This document shows positions 39,021-51,660 of a stretch of 64,000 nt of DNA, in pieces. Position 1 is the stretch's first letter; each line of letters opens with the position of its first letter. The position numbers were made by a program, and so were the translations under genes. The notes beneath the pieces are model-generated. The model ran no database searches, had not been told where the DNA came from, and was given only the letters and a program-made list of their open reading frames with translations. This stretch comes from Negaprion brevirostris (lineage: Eukaryota), in assembly GCA_030324005.1 (NCBI GenBank), contig JARDVH010000042.1:37178660-37242659 (forward strand), read 5' to 3'.

Positions 39021-40081
39021 GCACTCCATCTAATTGCTTGAAAAACCACACATTGATATATTACTGTTGCCAAATTGACTGGCTTATCATGGGAATTGAA
39101 AATACTGATTTTGTTACACTCTATTCCCGGACCACACTGTTATGATTCTTTCTATCGTTCTTCATCAGAAACAAAAGCAAATCTCAAAAATCCACAATCA
39201 TAAACCACAGGACACAAGCTAACCGAAATAATATTTCAAATATAAGAAGGACCTTGAAAGTCTCAAGTTGGACTCCAGAATAAACAACAATGTTACAATC
39301 TGGAGCACCCAAATGGCTAGGCCCATTTTGATTTTACCTACATTACTATGTCCAGTAAAAGTAACCATTGTGCATAATCATTTGAAAGAATTTCACCAAT
39401 GTGAACCTCAACTATGTGTGGTAGCAAATTTTTCCAAGTGTAATTTATGTCTGTACATGTCATGTTAGTTTTATTTTGAACGTCTTTTCCTTTCCAGATT
39501 TTACTCTTTCCATGATTTCTTTTTCAAAATTCAAGTGGTTTCAAAACTAAATATTTTACAACACTTACTTCACTTCACAAAGAACTCACCAGACAGGAAT
39601 GATCCATTGAAAAATATTAAACTTAAGCCTCAGGGGCAATGAAAGGGAAACATTTTGCAGGTGGTAAGTGTAGTGAATTGGAAGCTTTTCTTGCGAAGAC
39701 TCATGTAAGTTTCAAATGTTTGGACAAAGTTAGCAGAGTTGTGTATACTGAGCTGAATGGCAACTACATGGGCTTTTCACCTTCAACCTCTCCAGGTGGA
39801 ATTTTCCTGGGACTGCTCGATTTACCAGAAAATGCCACTGAGCCAGTCTTCCAACATGTTCCCACCTCCTTCTGTCTCTCCCATTGGGAGGGTTTGAAGT
39901 GAATGTGGAAATCTTCATAAATTAAGCGGGAAGCCAATTAACACAAGTAAAGCAGCGACTAAAAGGTATTTTATGCTAGCAATTGCTCTTCCTCAACTGT
40001 GCATGAGCAATTCGACAGGTTAGGAATGGTGAGTGCACAGTGGGAAATCAGAGGGCTAAAGCCAATATGAAGTCACCAGTA

Positions 40082-40457
40082 TAGAACATAGAACATAGAA
40101 AAACTACAGCACAAACAGGCCCTTCTGCCCACAAGTTGCGCCGAAGATATCCCAACCTACTAGGCTTACCTATAACCCTCAATTCTATTAAATCCCATGT
40201 ATTCATCCAGAAGTCTCTTAAAAGACCCTATCGAATTTGCCTCCACCACCACCAATAGCAGCCGATTCCACTCACCCACTACCCTCTGAGTGAAAAACTT
40301 ACCCCTGACATCTCCTCTGCACCTACTCCCCAGCAACCATTTCAGCCCTGGGAAAAAGCCTCTGAGAGTCCACCTGATCTATACCTCTCAACATCTTATA
40401 CACTTCTATCAGGTCGCCTCTCAGCCTTCATCTCTCTAAGGAGAAAAGACAAAGCTC
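40082..40457 (-). mobile_element. CR1-like LINE 3' end
   Basis: (atagaac)n tail. Same subfamily as 41589-42260. Confidence 0.85.
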
Positions 40458-40729
40458 NNNNNNNNNNNNNNNNNNNNNNNNNNNNNNNNNNNNNNNNNNN
40501 NNNNNNNNNNNNNNNNNNNNNNNNNNNNNNNNNNNNNNNNNNNNNNNNNNNNNNNNNAGATGGCCTACTCCTGCTCCTATTTCTTATGTTCTTATGTTCT
40601 TATGTTAACATATTAAGGGACAGCTGGAAAGTAGACTTAAGGTGACATCAGATTGGCTATGATCTTGCTGATTGTGGAGCAGATTAGAGGAGCCTGAATA
40701 ACATGTTCCTTCTCCTATTTCCAATTAGA

Positions 40730-41588
40730 GTTGTTGAGGAATTAACTGGTAGGGTAAGATAAAGAGGAGCGAATAGATGTATACCTGGACTTCCAAAAAT
40801 ATTAACCTTTTGTGGGGCACCTTATTGAATATGTTATATAATAAATCATGGAGCGGGGATATATATATATACAGACAGTGGATTTATTAATGGACAGGAA
40901 ACAGAGATTAGAGATAAATGGGACAAGTTGGCAGGTAGTGACTTGTAAAATGTCACCAAGGAACAATGCTGGGCTTCAACTATTGAAAATCTATGTTACT
41001 GATTTGAATGAAGAGGAATGGGTCCAGGTTTGCTGATGATACAAAACTAGACAGAAGTTCAAGTTGTGAAGACAAAGGAACTGTAAGAGAAGTGGGTAAG
41101 TGAGCAACAAGGTGGAGAGTACTACAGGCAAGAGTGAACTTATTTACTTTGGTTGTAAAATAGTCAAGTTGAATATTGTGAAACTTGCAAATGCTGATGT
41201 TCAGAGGGACTTTGGTGCAGTCACACAAGAATCAGAGTTAGCACACAGATACAGCAATAACTAAGGACAGCGAATGGCCCATTGGCCTTCATTATAGGGA
41301 ATTGGAGCCAATACAAGAATTAGGAGTCTTACTACAATTGGACAGGACTTTGGCAAGGTCACACACGGAGCACTGTGCGCAATTTTGGTCTCCACATTTA
41401 GGGAGGGCTACAATAGATCACCTTCAAGGCAAGTAAAGGTTCAATTAATTGGCCCCTAACATGGAGAGTGAAGTAAATTGGGCCTCCACACTCAAATTTA
41501 AAAGAGGTGATCTCATTTCAAGATTTGGAAGGTCAGGGTAGACAGAGAGGTTATTCCCACCTGGCTGGGGATCTGAATCACGGGGGTA
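40730..41588 (+). mobile_element. Decayed CR1 reverse-transcriptase region
   Basis: YLDFQK, DRKQRLEING..W..VT and FADDTKL (~41030-41050) motifs, with stops and frameshifts. Confidence 0.8.
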
Positions 41589-42260
41589 TAGAAACACAGA
41601 AACACAAGAACTACAGCACAATACAAGCCCTTCAGCCCACAAAGTTGTGCTGAACATGTCCCTACTTTAGAGATTACTAGGCTTACCTATAATCCTCAAT
41701 CTCACTAAGTTCCATGTACTTATCTAGAAGTCTCTTAAAAGACCCTATCGAATCCACCTCCACCATTGGCAGCTGATTCCACACACCCACCACTCTGAGC
41801 GAAAAACTTACCCCTGACATCTCCGTTGTACCTACTCCCCAGCACCTTAAATCTGTGTCCTCTTTCAGCCCTGGGAAAAAAGCCTCTGACTATCTACTCG
41901 ATCAATACCTCTCAACATCTTATACACCTCTATCAGGTCACCCCTCATCCTTCGTCTCTCCATGGAGAAAAGGCCAAGCTCCCTCAACCTACCCTCGTAA
42001 GGCATGCCTCCCAATCCAGGCAACATCCTTGTAAATCTCCTCTGCGCCCTTTCTATGGCTTCCACATCCTTCCTGTAGTGAGGCAACCAGAACTGAGCAC
42101 AGTACTCCAAGTGGGGTCTGACCAGGGTCTTATAAAGCTACAACATTATCTCCCGACCCCTAAACTCAATCCCTCGACTGATGAAGGCCAGTACACCATA
42201 CACCTTCTTAACCACGTCCTCTACCTGCAAGGCTGATTTAAGAGTCCTATGGACCCAGAC
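41589..42260 (-). mobile_element. Younger CR1-like LINE 3' fragment
   Basis: ORF EYCAQFWLPHYRKDVEAIERAQRRFTRMLPGL..YEGRLRELGLFSMERRRMRGDLIEVYKML is the CR1 ORF2 C-terminus. Confidence 0.92.
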
Positions 42261-42619
42261 CCGGTATAAAGAGAGAAAGCAGGAAGCCTGAGGTCAACCA
42301 TAGCTGAAGACTTGTGTTTACAGATGCTGGTTCTGGAGGCAAATGTCACTGATTTTGCTTGGGAAATGCAACTTGGTGCCATTTCCTTGAAGAGACTTGG
42401 ACACCTATATAGGATTCCCAACCTTTTCACCTGTAAGCTACATGGCAACATGAGGTTTACATATTCTGAAATAGGGTGGGTCACCAGGGTGTTAAAATGG
42501 TGTTCAGCTCACCAAGCACAATGGCAAGGACAGCAACTGCAAGAGAAAATGCAACTGCAGCATGCAATACAGCTGAAGGCATCTGAATGCAACAGAGGTG
42601 AGGCCCAAAGACAGTAAGT

Positions 42620-43145
42620 AGAAGAAGGCGCTACTCTCTATACTGGATCCATGGGTTAAGGGTCATCTTCCTGATGTTCACAGAGTAGCAGTAACTCTGA
42701 AGACTACACCTCTCACATCAAGTGGTTGCAGAACTCTGCATCCTCCTGAGGAAGACCTAAAGCCAATAGGGGCAGGTGGCCACCCATTGCTCACAGAGAT
42801 TGAGATGACCATAGCTTTCAATTGGTTTTGCCTCCGATTCATTCTAGGGCTCAGCTGCAGGATCCCATGACCCTGCAGTCCACAATGGCATCAGCTAAAT
42901 GATGGGTTTATTGTTTGGGAGGGCACCATGGTATATTAAGTTGGAGATTGCTGCTGCCAGTTCGGCCCAGAGGGCTGTAGGCTTCACCTCCTTGGCTGGA
43001 TTCCCTCACATCCAGGCCACAACAGGCTGCACTCATGTGCCGGTCATGGTTCCAAAAGAATAGCCATGTGTGTTGGTCAATCAGAAGCTATTCCTCTCCT
43101 TCAGTGTGCAGCTGTGTGCAATCACCGTGAGGATCCTGCAAACCT
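42620..43145 (+). pseudogene. Decayed PIF/Harbinger (HARBI1-like) transposase
   Basis: With stops and frameshifts reads RRRRY..RVIFLMFTE*Q*L*RLHLSHQVVAELCILL/EEDLKPIGAGGHPLLTEIEMTIAFN/ASDSF*GSAAG...GFTSLAGFPHIQATTGCTHVPVMVP..LVNQKLFLSFSVQL/CNHR. This follows the HARBI1-type GFPxVxGxIDCTH and NRKGxxSxNVQxVCD motifs in order. Confidence 0.8.
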
Positions 43146-43699
43146 GGATGAAGTAGTCTTAAAAAAAACTTATGTCTTGTTGATAATATGTATCAATAAT
43201 TATTTTCCCCCTCATTCTGTCCAAAAAAAAACTGCCTACGATGCACTTATTTTAGTAACAGCTTGCTGAAATCTCTCAGCCACTTTTTTCAGTGATGTGT
43301 GACAAAGCATCACCTTGGAAACTGATAAGGAAGGTACTTTGTAACAGGCATTTACCTTGATATCAAATGTTTTTATTGCTGTACCTCGCCTAACTTGTCT
43401 TTTGTAATAATTTCTATTGCCTAATTTGTAATTTTGTCTTTACAGAAATGTGTCTTAAAATATGGTTTTATATGCAAACATCATTATTGACTCATTAACA
43501 TCCTGCAAATGGGACAAAAAGCGTAGGAAGCTTGGGTTTTAATGTATCCAGCCATACAGAAGCAGCAATCAATAGCTCCAATTCTGAGGTGCATTGTTAA
43601 ATGTTAGGGTATAAATAAGAGAATGTCATGTCTGCAGAGAGTAAAATTGGACAGTGAGTGACCATCCCAATCCCCTCAATTACCTGCCAGATGGGTTCG

Positions 43700-44945
43700 G
43701 TTAAATGAGTATTATCTGTTTTCAAACAGGGAGCTATATATCGGTCAGCTTAGTTACATTTGTGTGAGGGAAACTTTTTTGGAATCATCAATTAAAGATG
43801 AAATTACTACATAGCTGGAGGAAGAGACAATAATTAGAGGCGGCCACATGGATTTTAGAAAGGAAGGAGGTCTTTCACAAACCTGATAAGGACTCTTTTG
43901 AGGAAGGACCAGATAGAGTGGATTGGGGTGGTGCCGCACAGAGACTTTGATGAAGTGCCATACAGAGATTACTGATGAAGGTTAGGAGATATGGAATTAG
44001 AGGAAAACTTGCAAATTGAATTGAAAGCAAGTTAGAGGTTGAGAAACAGAGTGGTAGTTAAAAACAGCTTAAGTAGATAGCTTTGTATCACAGGGATCTG
44101 TTGGGGGGTTGCCTTCTGTTCATTGTGTATGCCAATAATTTGGATGTAAAGCACGGGAGAGTAATAGCTAACAAATAACTATTTTAAGAGTAATAAATAA
44201 TTCCAGCAATCAAACCATACTAATAAGATGGTGGAATGGACAAAAAATGGCAGCTGGAACTTATCAGTAAATGCAGTGCGGAATATTATGGTAAAGTAGA
44301 AGCAGACATTAGGTGGAACTTTCCGGCTGTTCATGTCGGCGGGATTTTCTGGTCCCCCTGCAGTGAACAGAGATTTGGCTGAGCGCAAATTCTCCGTCCT
44401 TGCTTGCAGTGGAGGTGGGATGTGATTATTTTTTGGATGGAAGGTGTTGTGAGATAAAGAAAATCCCAGGAATTTGGAGGTTCAGGTTCATAAGACAACA
44501 AAAGAAATATCTCAAGCACAGGCATAAGGCCACAACATTATAGCTAATGGAATACTGGCAATAGGCACCGATGTGAAATGTAATGGTCAATTTAAAGGAA
44601 ATCTCAGTGGGAGTGCATTGGAGTACAGTGTACAGCTTGGGCACTGTACTTGGGGATGGATATTGAAGCATTGGCATTCAGTGCACAAAGAGAGTATGGC
44701 AGTTTTTAAAAGATTGGGCAGATTAGCAAAGCAGGTGGTTTTGAATGGTTGAGAAGACTTGGGTGATATAAAGTTAAGTGTGAAAGATTTAGAATAAAGA
44801 GCTGCAGAAATGGTTTTACACAGGAGGCCATGAGGCCAGGGAATGCACAATAAACATGTGGTACTGTGCCAAATGATGGAATAGAGTAATCCCTAACTCC
44901 TCCCTTCAGTCCGGAAGAATGAATCAGCATTAGGTTATAGCAGAA
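43700..44945 (+). mobile_element. Highly decayed CR1-like RT region with a MITE fragment at ~44311-44420
   Basis: tttgatgaagtgccatacagagattactgatgaaggttaggagatatggaattagagg resembles FDKVPHxRLLxKVxxYGIRG. Confidence 0.6.
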
Positions 44946-46094
44946 CTGTTTTAGATTTAAAAAACATGAAGACATGAATATAGGCNNNNNNNNNNNNNNN
45001 NNNNNNNNNNNNNNNNNNNNNNNNNNNNNNNNNNNNNNNNNNNNNNNNNNNNNNNNNNNNNNNNNNNNNNNNNNNNNNNNNNNNNNNNNNNNNNNNNNNN
45101 NNAGAAATTCATTAAGAGTTTAAATTTGGATTTATTTTAAACGTGAATTTCTCAGAATTTATTAATTAGTAGCAGAGACATAGGAAATATTAAGTTGTGC
45201 ATAGATAATATGAGAGACTAAGACCTCACCCACTACATATTTTTATAAAAGATCTAGAAATATTATGTCTTTGAAAATTTCAAACTTCACAAAGAACTAA
45301 AATGGCTGAATCTATGTCTGCCTGTGAGCCTGAACATGAGAAGCTAACCAGCAATATTGTTATCCCTGAAGAGCCTTTAAAGACCAACTGTGAATTGCAC
45401 AGACTAAATTCAAAGAGAGTTATCCAAAGGCCATCTGCATTGTATAACCCAGGTTGGCCAACAGGTGTCTGCTTGCCTGCTAAGACAAAGGGCCCTGCAA
45501 GCTTCCTTTCAAGCTTTAATGGACGGACATTTAGCAATCTCAGGGACAAAAATGAGGGATACAGGTCATTGCCAAAAGTGGGGAGATGTGGGAGTCATGT
45601 GACATTGGCCTCTGGCTTGTGGAACCAGTAATACTGCCTTGTTACAAAGTCTCAGTCTACTATTTTACTATCAAACTAGTGGCCTCATAGAAAAGGAACT
45701 TTGCCTAGGTTCAACACCTGGCACCATCTACACAGCTTCTGCTGGAAACTCTATATCACCCCGTCCAGGGCTAATTCTTCACTGTATGCCCATTGCATTG
45801 CGTGAAGCCAACACCACCAGAAAAGTGAATTAAATAGCCTCATTGGATACCTACAAACCTCCATGAAAGATTTACTCAATTGAACTTTGATTCTGGACTC
45901 TGGATCCATGTGAACCAACATTAACAAAAAATTGGATCGCTTCAAAACTGAGGGGTTGGGGAACATGCCATCACTTTTAAAGAAAGCAACAAATCAAAAC
46001 ATCCTTCTGTTTATGGAAAGATGATGAGAGAAGAAATTAACCTCCCATCCTGAACAATAACAAAAATTCCAGAGTTTTAAGGTAGAATAAATAC

Positions 46095-46279
46095 CTGCAG
46101 CCACTGCGACTGATCGCTTCGTCCTGATGTCCAAGCATTTATCTTCCCTTGTTTATCCAGACGGGCTTTACAGGGCTCCCATGTAAACATATCCATATTT
46201 AGGGTCCTAAAGATGTTGGAAGCAGTAATCTGATAATCCTGGATATGTCCTGACTTCATCCCCAGAGGCTCTGAACAGC
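46095..46279 (-). CDS. EDIL3: EDIL3 internal exon (discoidin domain 2, N-terminal part), 185 nt, phase 1-0
   Basis: ttcttttag|GC TGT TCA GAG CCT CTG GGG ATG...TGG CTG CAG|gtattt, i.e. (G)[61 protein letters not shown]. Phase fits the previous exon. Confidence 0.97.
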
Positions 46280-48994
46280 CTAAAAGAATAGAACAATTTT
46301 AAAATCGAACAAATCAAGCTCATCATATTTGACATTCATGAATACAGAATTTCAGTGACACTAAACATACACTTAAATTCAAGTGATCATAATGATGTCT
46401 GATAATTTAAAACAATCCTAAATCTTCTGACTGCTTTTCTTCCCCATTACTCTTTTCACTGTTCTATCCTCCTAATGTTAAGGCATTGGTCTCTGACTGG
46501 GCTACTGTTCTAATGGTGCTGATTGTTCTCTAGAATCTTTCTAAACTGTACTATTTTTGGCTTAGATAGTCAGTGACTGCAAACTTTTCAATCATTGTAG
46601 GAATTACACCCAAATCTAATCCGTCTTTGCCTGTCATTCATAGGAATATGCATCCAACAATAATTATTAGCTAATGATTAGGCATGGGGCGGTGGGGGGT
46701 GGGGAGGGGCGGGTGGGGTNNNNNNNNNNNNNNNNNNNNNNNNNNNNNNNNNNNNNNNNNNNNNNNNNNNNNNNNNNNNNNNNNNNNNNNNNNNNNNNNN
46801 NNNNNNNNNNNNNNNNNNNATGGTGGCGGTTGTTCTACCACATTGCTCTTTCCGAATCGAGGCAGAATTGTTGCATCCACAATGCTATCATCCCAGTGGA
46901 GGTCCTATGCCTCAATGCAAATTTGAAATTTAACCTAGCTACCCACTACCCTGATAAATACAAATGTTTGCTTTCATAAGGGACTACGTACTTGAGGGAA
47001 TTAAAATGTACTAAATGAGCTTTCGTGAATGAGAATGTTTTTTCTTAAATCTGCAACAGATATTTAGAACTCTTTTTAAAAATCTTATCAAGGCTCCTGT
47101 GGTCTGGCCATATAGATTAAGTAAGTTGGCATAGGTGTAATAAGGAGACATTAGGTGGATGGGGATTTAAGTTGGCACTGAGTTGACATGGGACCATGAA
47201 GGGATATAGCGTGAATGGGGTGCGTGGGTTGGAATGAGTTGGCACAAAGTTGGCATAGGTGATATAAGGGGTAGATAAGGGATCATGAGTTGGCATCTAG
47301 GGAATGACAGACCATTTAGAGTGAGTGGGGGCATGGGTGGGCATAGGTTGACACTTCTGGGCACAAAGTGGGTGGAAGGTGAAGGGGTGTGAGGTGTGAC
47401 GACCTCATATTTAAGAAAACAACTGGAACAAAATTCAAGAGAACCAAGGCAGGCCTTATAACCAGCTCAGCTTGGAACATGACATGTCCTGTCACTGCTT
47501 CCAATCTGCATCCTGCGATGGTATCACCTCCTGCCTACCCCCTGATATAAAGGCCCCACCATTCGGGGCCCTTTTTTCTGAGTTAGGTCGGAAATTTTCC
47601 AGCTTTGAGCACCCATCTTGGGACTGAAAATCTAGGCCCCTATTAGGCTTTGAAGAGTTTAGTAACATTCAGTGACAGAAAATGGGATCAGCAGCTGAAG
47701 AGAAAAAAATACAGGGCTACATGGAAAGGGTAGGGGAGTGGGACTAACTGAGTTGATATTTCAGAGAGCTAGCACAGACATGATAGGCCAAATGGTCTGC
47801 TTCAGTGATTCTATGATGGGATCTGGTGGTTTCGTTGACTGCAGGCTGCAATGTTTTCTTTGGCCTGAGCAAGGAAGCTGTTGCAATTATCCTACGAGGA
47901 TGAAGTGAAGGTGAAGAGACTCAGCCTCAGAACAGGAAAAGGGAAGCGACATTTTTGTCCTTGTGGGATCAGTGGGAGCAAGATACGCTGAATCCCACAA
48001 AGCAAGTTCACAACTTCTCTGCTTCAGAGTTTTCCTCTTTAAAAATGCAAGACTCCTGAGAGATGTCCCTGAACCTGGTCCCATTTCGGTATTTTTGTAC
48101 AATTTTCTGCCATTTTCTGCTGAATTCACATCCCCATGACAGATACTTTGTAACTCTGGCAACTCAGAATATGCTCATTCATCAAGTTATTGAAACTAAA
48201 ATATTTTGTTCAAATGCAGTAACAAAAATAGCTTCACTGAAAATCCTCATAAATGTGCACATTCCTATTCGCTGTCCTACATTTACTTAGGTTGAGAAAC
48301 TAATCCATTTAATTGCTCTTTGCAATTTCCCTGAAATGTGAAAGAGACCTCCATTGGGAATACCAATTATGTGGCAAATGTTTCCATTATGATACATTGC
48401 AAAGTGCTGTCAAATGTGCATATATCATATTTTACTGTAATGATATTGTAGAAACCTTGCTTTATACTTACCTATTTAAAGTAGCAATACATATGCTTGA
48501 CCTTTATTTGTGCTGTCCTGTTGTATATTTTGTACCCTTGGATATAAGAGTACAAATGTGCGTACAATGGGACTGCTCGAGACACTTTCTTAGATTCAGT
48601 GATGTTAATTGCTTCCATGTATAAGGCCCATATTTCTGAGATGATTCACAGTGCCTTGTATTTAGTTGTGAGAAATGAAATAAGAGGGAATGGAATGAAC
48701 TGGTACCGATGTTTGCAGGATGGCACGGAGAGAGTGGAGACAAACGCCTGCACTCAGAAAGTCTGGAAATGCTGAAAGCAGAGGAGCATTGCAGACTTCC
48801 CCCTGCACTTAGAAATCAGGGATTGGAAGAGGGAGGCTCAGAAGGACAGCAGCCAGGAAGGAGGCAATGATCAAGCAGGGAGAGAGGTCTGAAGTTCCTG
48901 AGGAAGAAGGGAGGTTTATTGGGGGAAGGGAGCAAGCACAGCTGAGAGAAATGGTGGGGGAGAGATCTTGGGAGAAGCATAAGGACACAAGAAC

Positions 48995-49410
48995 TGGAAG
49001 CATGAGTTAGCAATTTAGCCCCTCCAGCCTCTTTGCCATTTAATACAATTTCATCTTGACCTCAGCTCCACTATCTTGCCAATCAACATAGCCCTTCAAA
49101 TCGTTACGGATTAAAAATTTGTCCACCTCTTCCTTAAATGTACTCAATGTCCCAGCATCCACCATGTTCTGGGGTAATGAATGCCACAGACTCAGGATTC
49201 TTTGAGAGAAGGAATTTCTCTTCATATCTGTTTTAAATCTGCCACCCCTTATCCTAAAACTATGATCTCTTGTTCTAGATTGCCCTACAAAAGGAAACAT
49301 CCTCGCCACATCTATTTTGCCAACCCCCTTATCACTTTATACACCTCAATTTCATCTCTTCTCATTCTTCTAAATATAGGCAATATAAGCCTTAATTGCC
49401 AAATCTCTTT
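48995..49410 (-). mobile_element. CR1-like LINE 3' end
   Basis: ORF MFPFVGQSRTRDHSFRIRGGRFKTDMKRNSFSQRILSLWHSLPQ..VDAGTLSTFKEEVDKFL. Confidence 0.88.
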
Positions 49411-51289
49411 TGGGCAGGAGAGGTCGCAGGTGAGAGAGATTGCAGAAGTGGACAACATAGGAAGGACAGATTACAGGAAATGAGAGATTTGGCTGCTAAA
49501 ATCTGAGGAACAGAACCTCATTTAAATAGTCTCAGCATTAAGACTGCCTGTCATGAAACCAGAGGCAGGCATATTCATATTGTGCTGTGGCCATATTTTA
49601 CATTATTACCCATTTAATAATTCCTGCCTCCCCACAGCTAAATTAACTCCTGCTCTTCATGGGAAAGGTTAAATTTATCCCCAGCTTCTATTCTTGAATG
49701 CTTCCCTTCTCATAATACAAATTTTAAACCCAACCCATTTACTTGTAAATCTAACCTCACCATAGCCTCTCATTTCAAATGCATGAAAATTGCACCTTTA
49801 TCCTTTTTCTTTTAGGTCTCATAGACAAGTTGTCTGTGTTACCTCATCCCAGTTTAATTCGTATTGTATACACAGACAGCCAGAATACCACCATATTCCC
49901 CAAATTATTAACAAAGATAACATCCATCATCTCACACTGATCTTTCTGAAAGGTTTATACTTTGCGGCAACATGGTGAGAAACAAACATTAATCTGTTTA
50001 TGTTTTCAGTCATTCACAGACCAACAGTTCCGACCAATTACTAACTTCAATTAATACTTGATTTTGTGTGTTTATACAAATTAATGTAGACCTCGCACTT
50101 CCTCCATCAGTGGATCATCCTTGATTGATTTAAAAATACATCTACTTACTTCCTTCTATTTTAAGAGCTTCTGAGTGTGGCAGAAGCTTGCCATTGTGGC
50201 TTTTGGTTTATGTGATCTGAGTTCCAGAATGATTTTCCCACTAATTTACATCTGTGTTCATAACGAAGGGGAATACCTTGTGGCTGATAATCCTTCCTGT
50301 GCATTTAGGATCAATGACTTCTAAACATAATAGACAAGGTGCTTACTTATTACTGGCAGCAGTGAACAAATTGCTTCATCTGTTGGGAAATAATTTGAAT
50401 GCTTAACTCATTAGCATTTTGACCACTTTTCAACTCTATACTTTGTTTTAAACTTGTTTTAATTTAAAGCTCTAATGTTTAAATGTAACTTCTTTCCAGA
50501 TCATTTTTGTGCAAAATTGGTCCAAAAATCCTAATATCTGCCAAATATCAACCCATTTTCTATAGCTGTCTCATACTGAAGGTATGGGGAAAGGTACAGT
50601 TTTGTACTGAGCAAGGTAACACTTCAAGGAGCATAACTTATTTCCACATTCAAAGATGCTTAAAGAGCCAAGGAAATAATTAAGACATTGACACAAAATC
50701 CTTACAAGTTACTTGAATGCAGGATGGTATATTAACTCACAGTCTAGAAGGCCAAAGTTAAACTTCCAAAGCAGTAGATAAGAGCCAAACTTGGTTTCAA
50801 AATCTTTGGGAGCAAGAGGAGAGCACAGTAGCTAGTGTCTCCACCTTTGTAACAAAATACATTTATGCAGATGTTGATCATCACAGTGACTGAATATTCT
50901 CCAATCATCTCTGAAGTGAAGAGTCGTAGATTTGAGTACTGAATATCTTTTGGACCTTGCAAGTTTGTCAACTGCTGAAAGGGATTACAGGTGAAAAACT
51001 AGATGTTTGCAAGACACCAGGGGCTGTCAATGTCTGCGGATCATATCCCGCCAGGAAAGGAAGCAAAACTAAGTTGTTGGTGGTCAGGCAATGGGGTCCT
51101 GATGGGGAGATAGCAATGTTTGTATTTCCCTGTGACCCAAAAAATTTTTGAGGATATTGGAATTTCTCTCCATAGCGGTCCATTTATCCCATTAGCTGAA
51201 GCAGAAAAATGAGATTTACCAACATAGCGATGCTGCTTCTTCACATGTCCGTTTGTGTGCATTAAGCAAGTTATGATCTTGCAACTTCA

Positions 51290-51660
51290 GTGATGGGAGA
51301 AGATCAGAGGCAGGACAATAGGTCAGAGAGTGAGAGAGGGTGGATCAGAGAGGCACAATCAGTCAGTCAGTGAGAGAGAGGGTGGGTCAATCGGAGGGAC
51401 GATCAGTCACTGAGAGAGAGAGGGTGGGTCAGAGAGGCACAATCAGTCAGTCAGTGAGAGAGAGGATGGGTCAATAGGATGAACGATCAGTCAGTGAGAG
51501 AGAGGGTGGGTCAATAGGAAGGACAATCAGTCAGTGAGAGAGAGGGTGGGTCAATAGGAGGGACAATCAGTCAGTGAGAGAGAGGGTGGGTCAATAGGAT
51601 GAACGATCAGTCAGTGAGAGAGAGGGTGGGTCAATAGGAGGGGCAATCAGTCAAGCACTG
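51290..51660. repeat. 40-bp minisatellite
   Basis: Unit tcaataggagggacaatcagtcagtgagagagagggtggg. About 4.5 regular copies at 51471-51653, with length-variant copies upstream. Confidence 0.92.

Noticed and set aside
40082-42260. Two similar segments 1.5 kb apart considered as LTRs flanking an RT
   Set aside because: Both are CR1 3' ends with microsatellite tails. The RT between them is an older CR1 in the opposite orientation.
45280-45966. ORFs of 64-109 aa just downstream of the 46.1-kb exon, considered as an alternative terminal exon
   Set aside because: No recognisable homology and no convincing in-phase acceptor plus polyA combination. It cannot be supported without transcripts.
51290-51660. 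Regular 40-bp periodicity considered as a CRISPR-like array
   Set aside because: Units are contiguous with no unique spacers, there are no cas genes, and the context is a eukaryotic intron.
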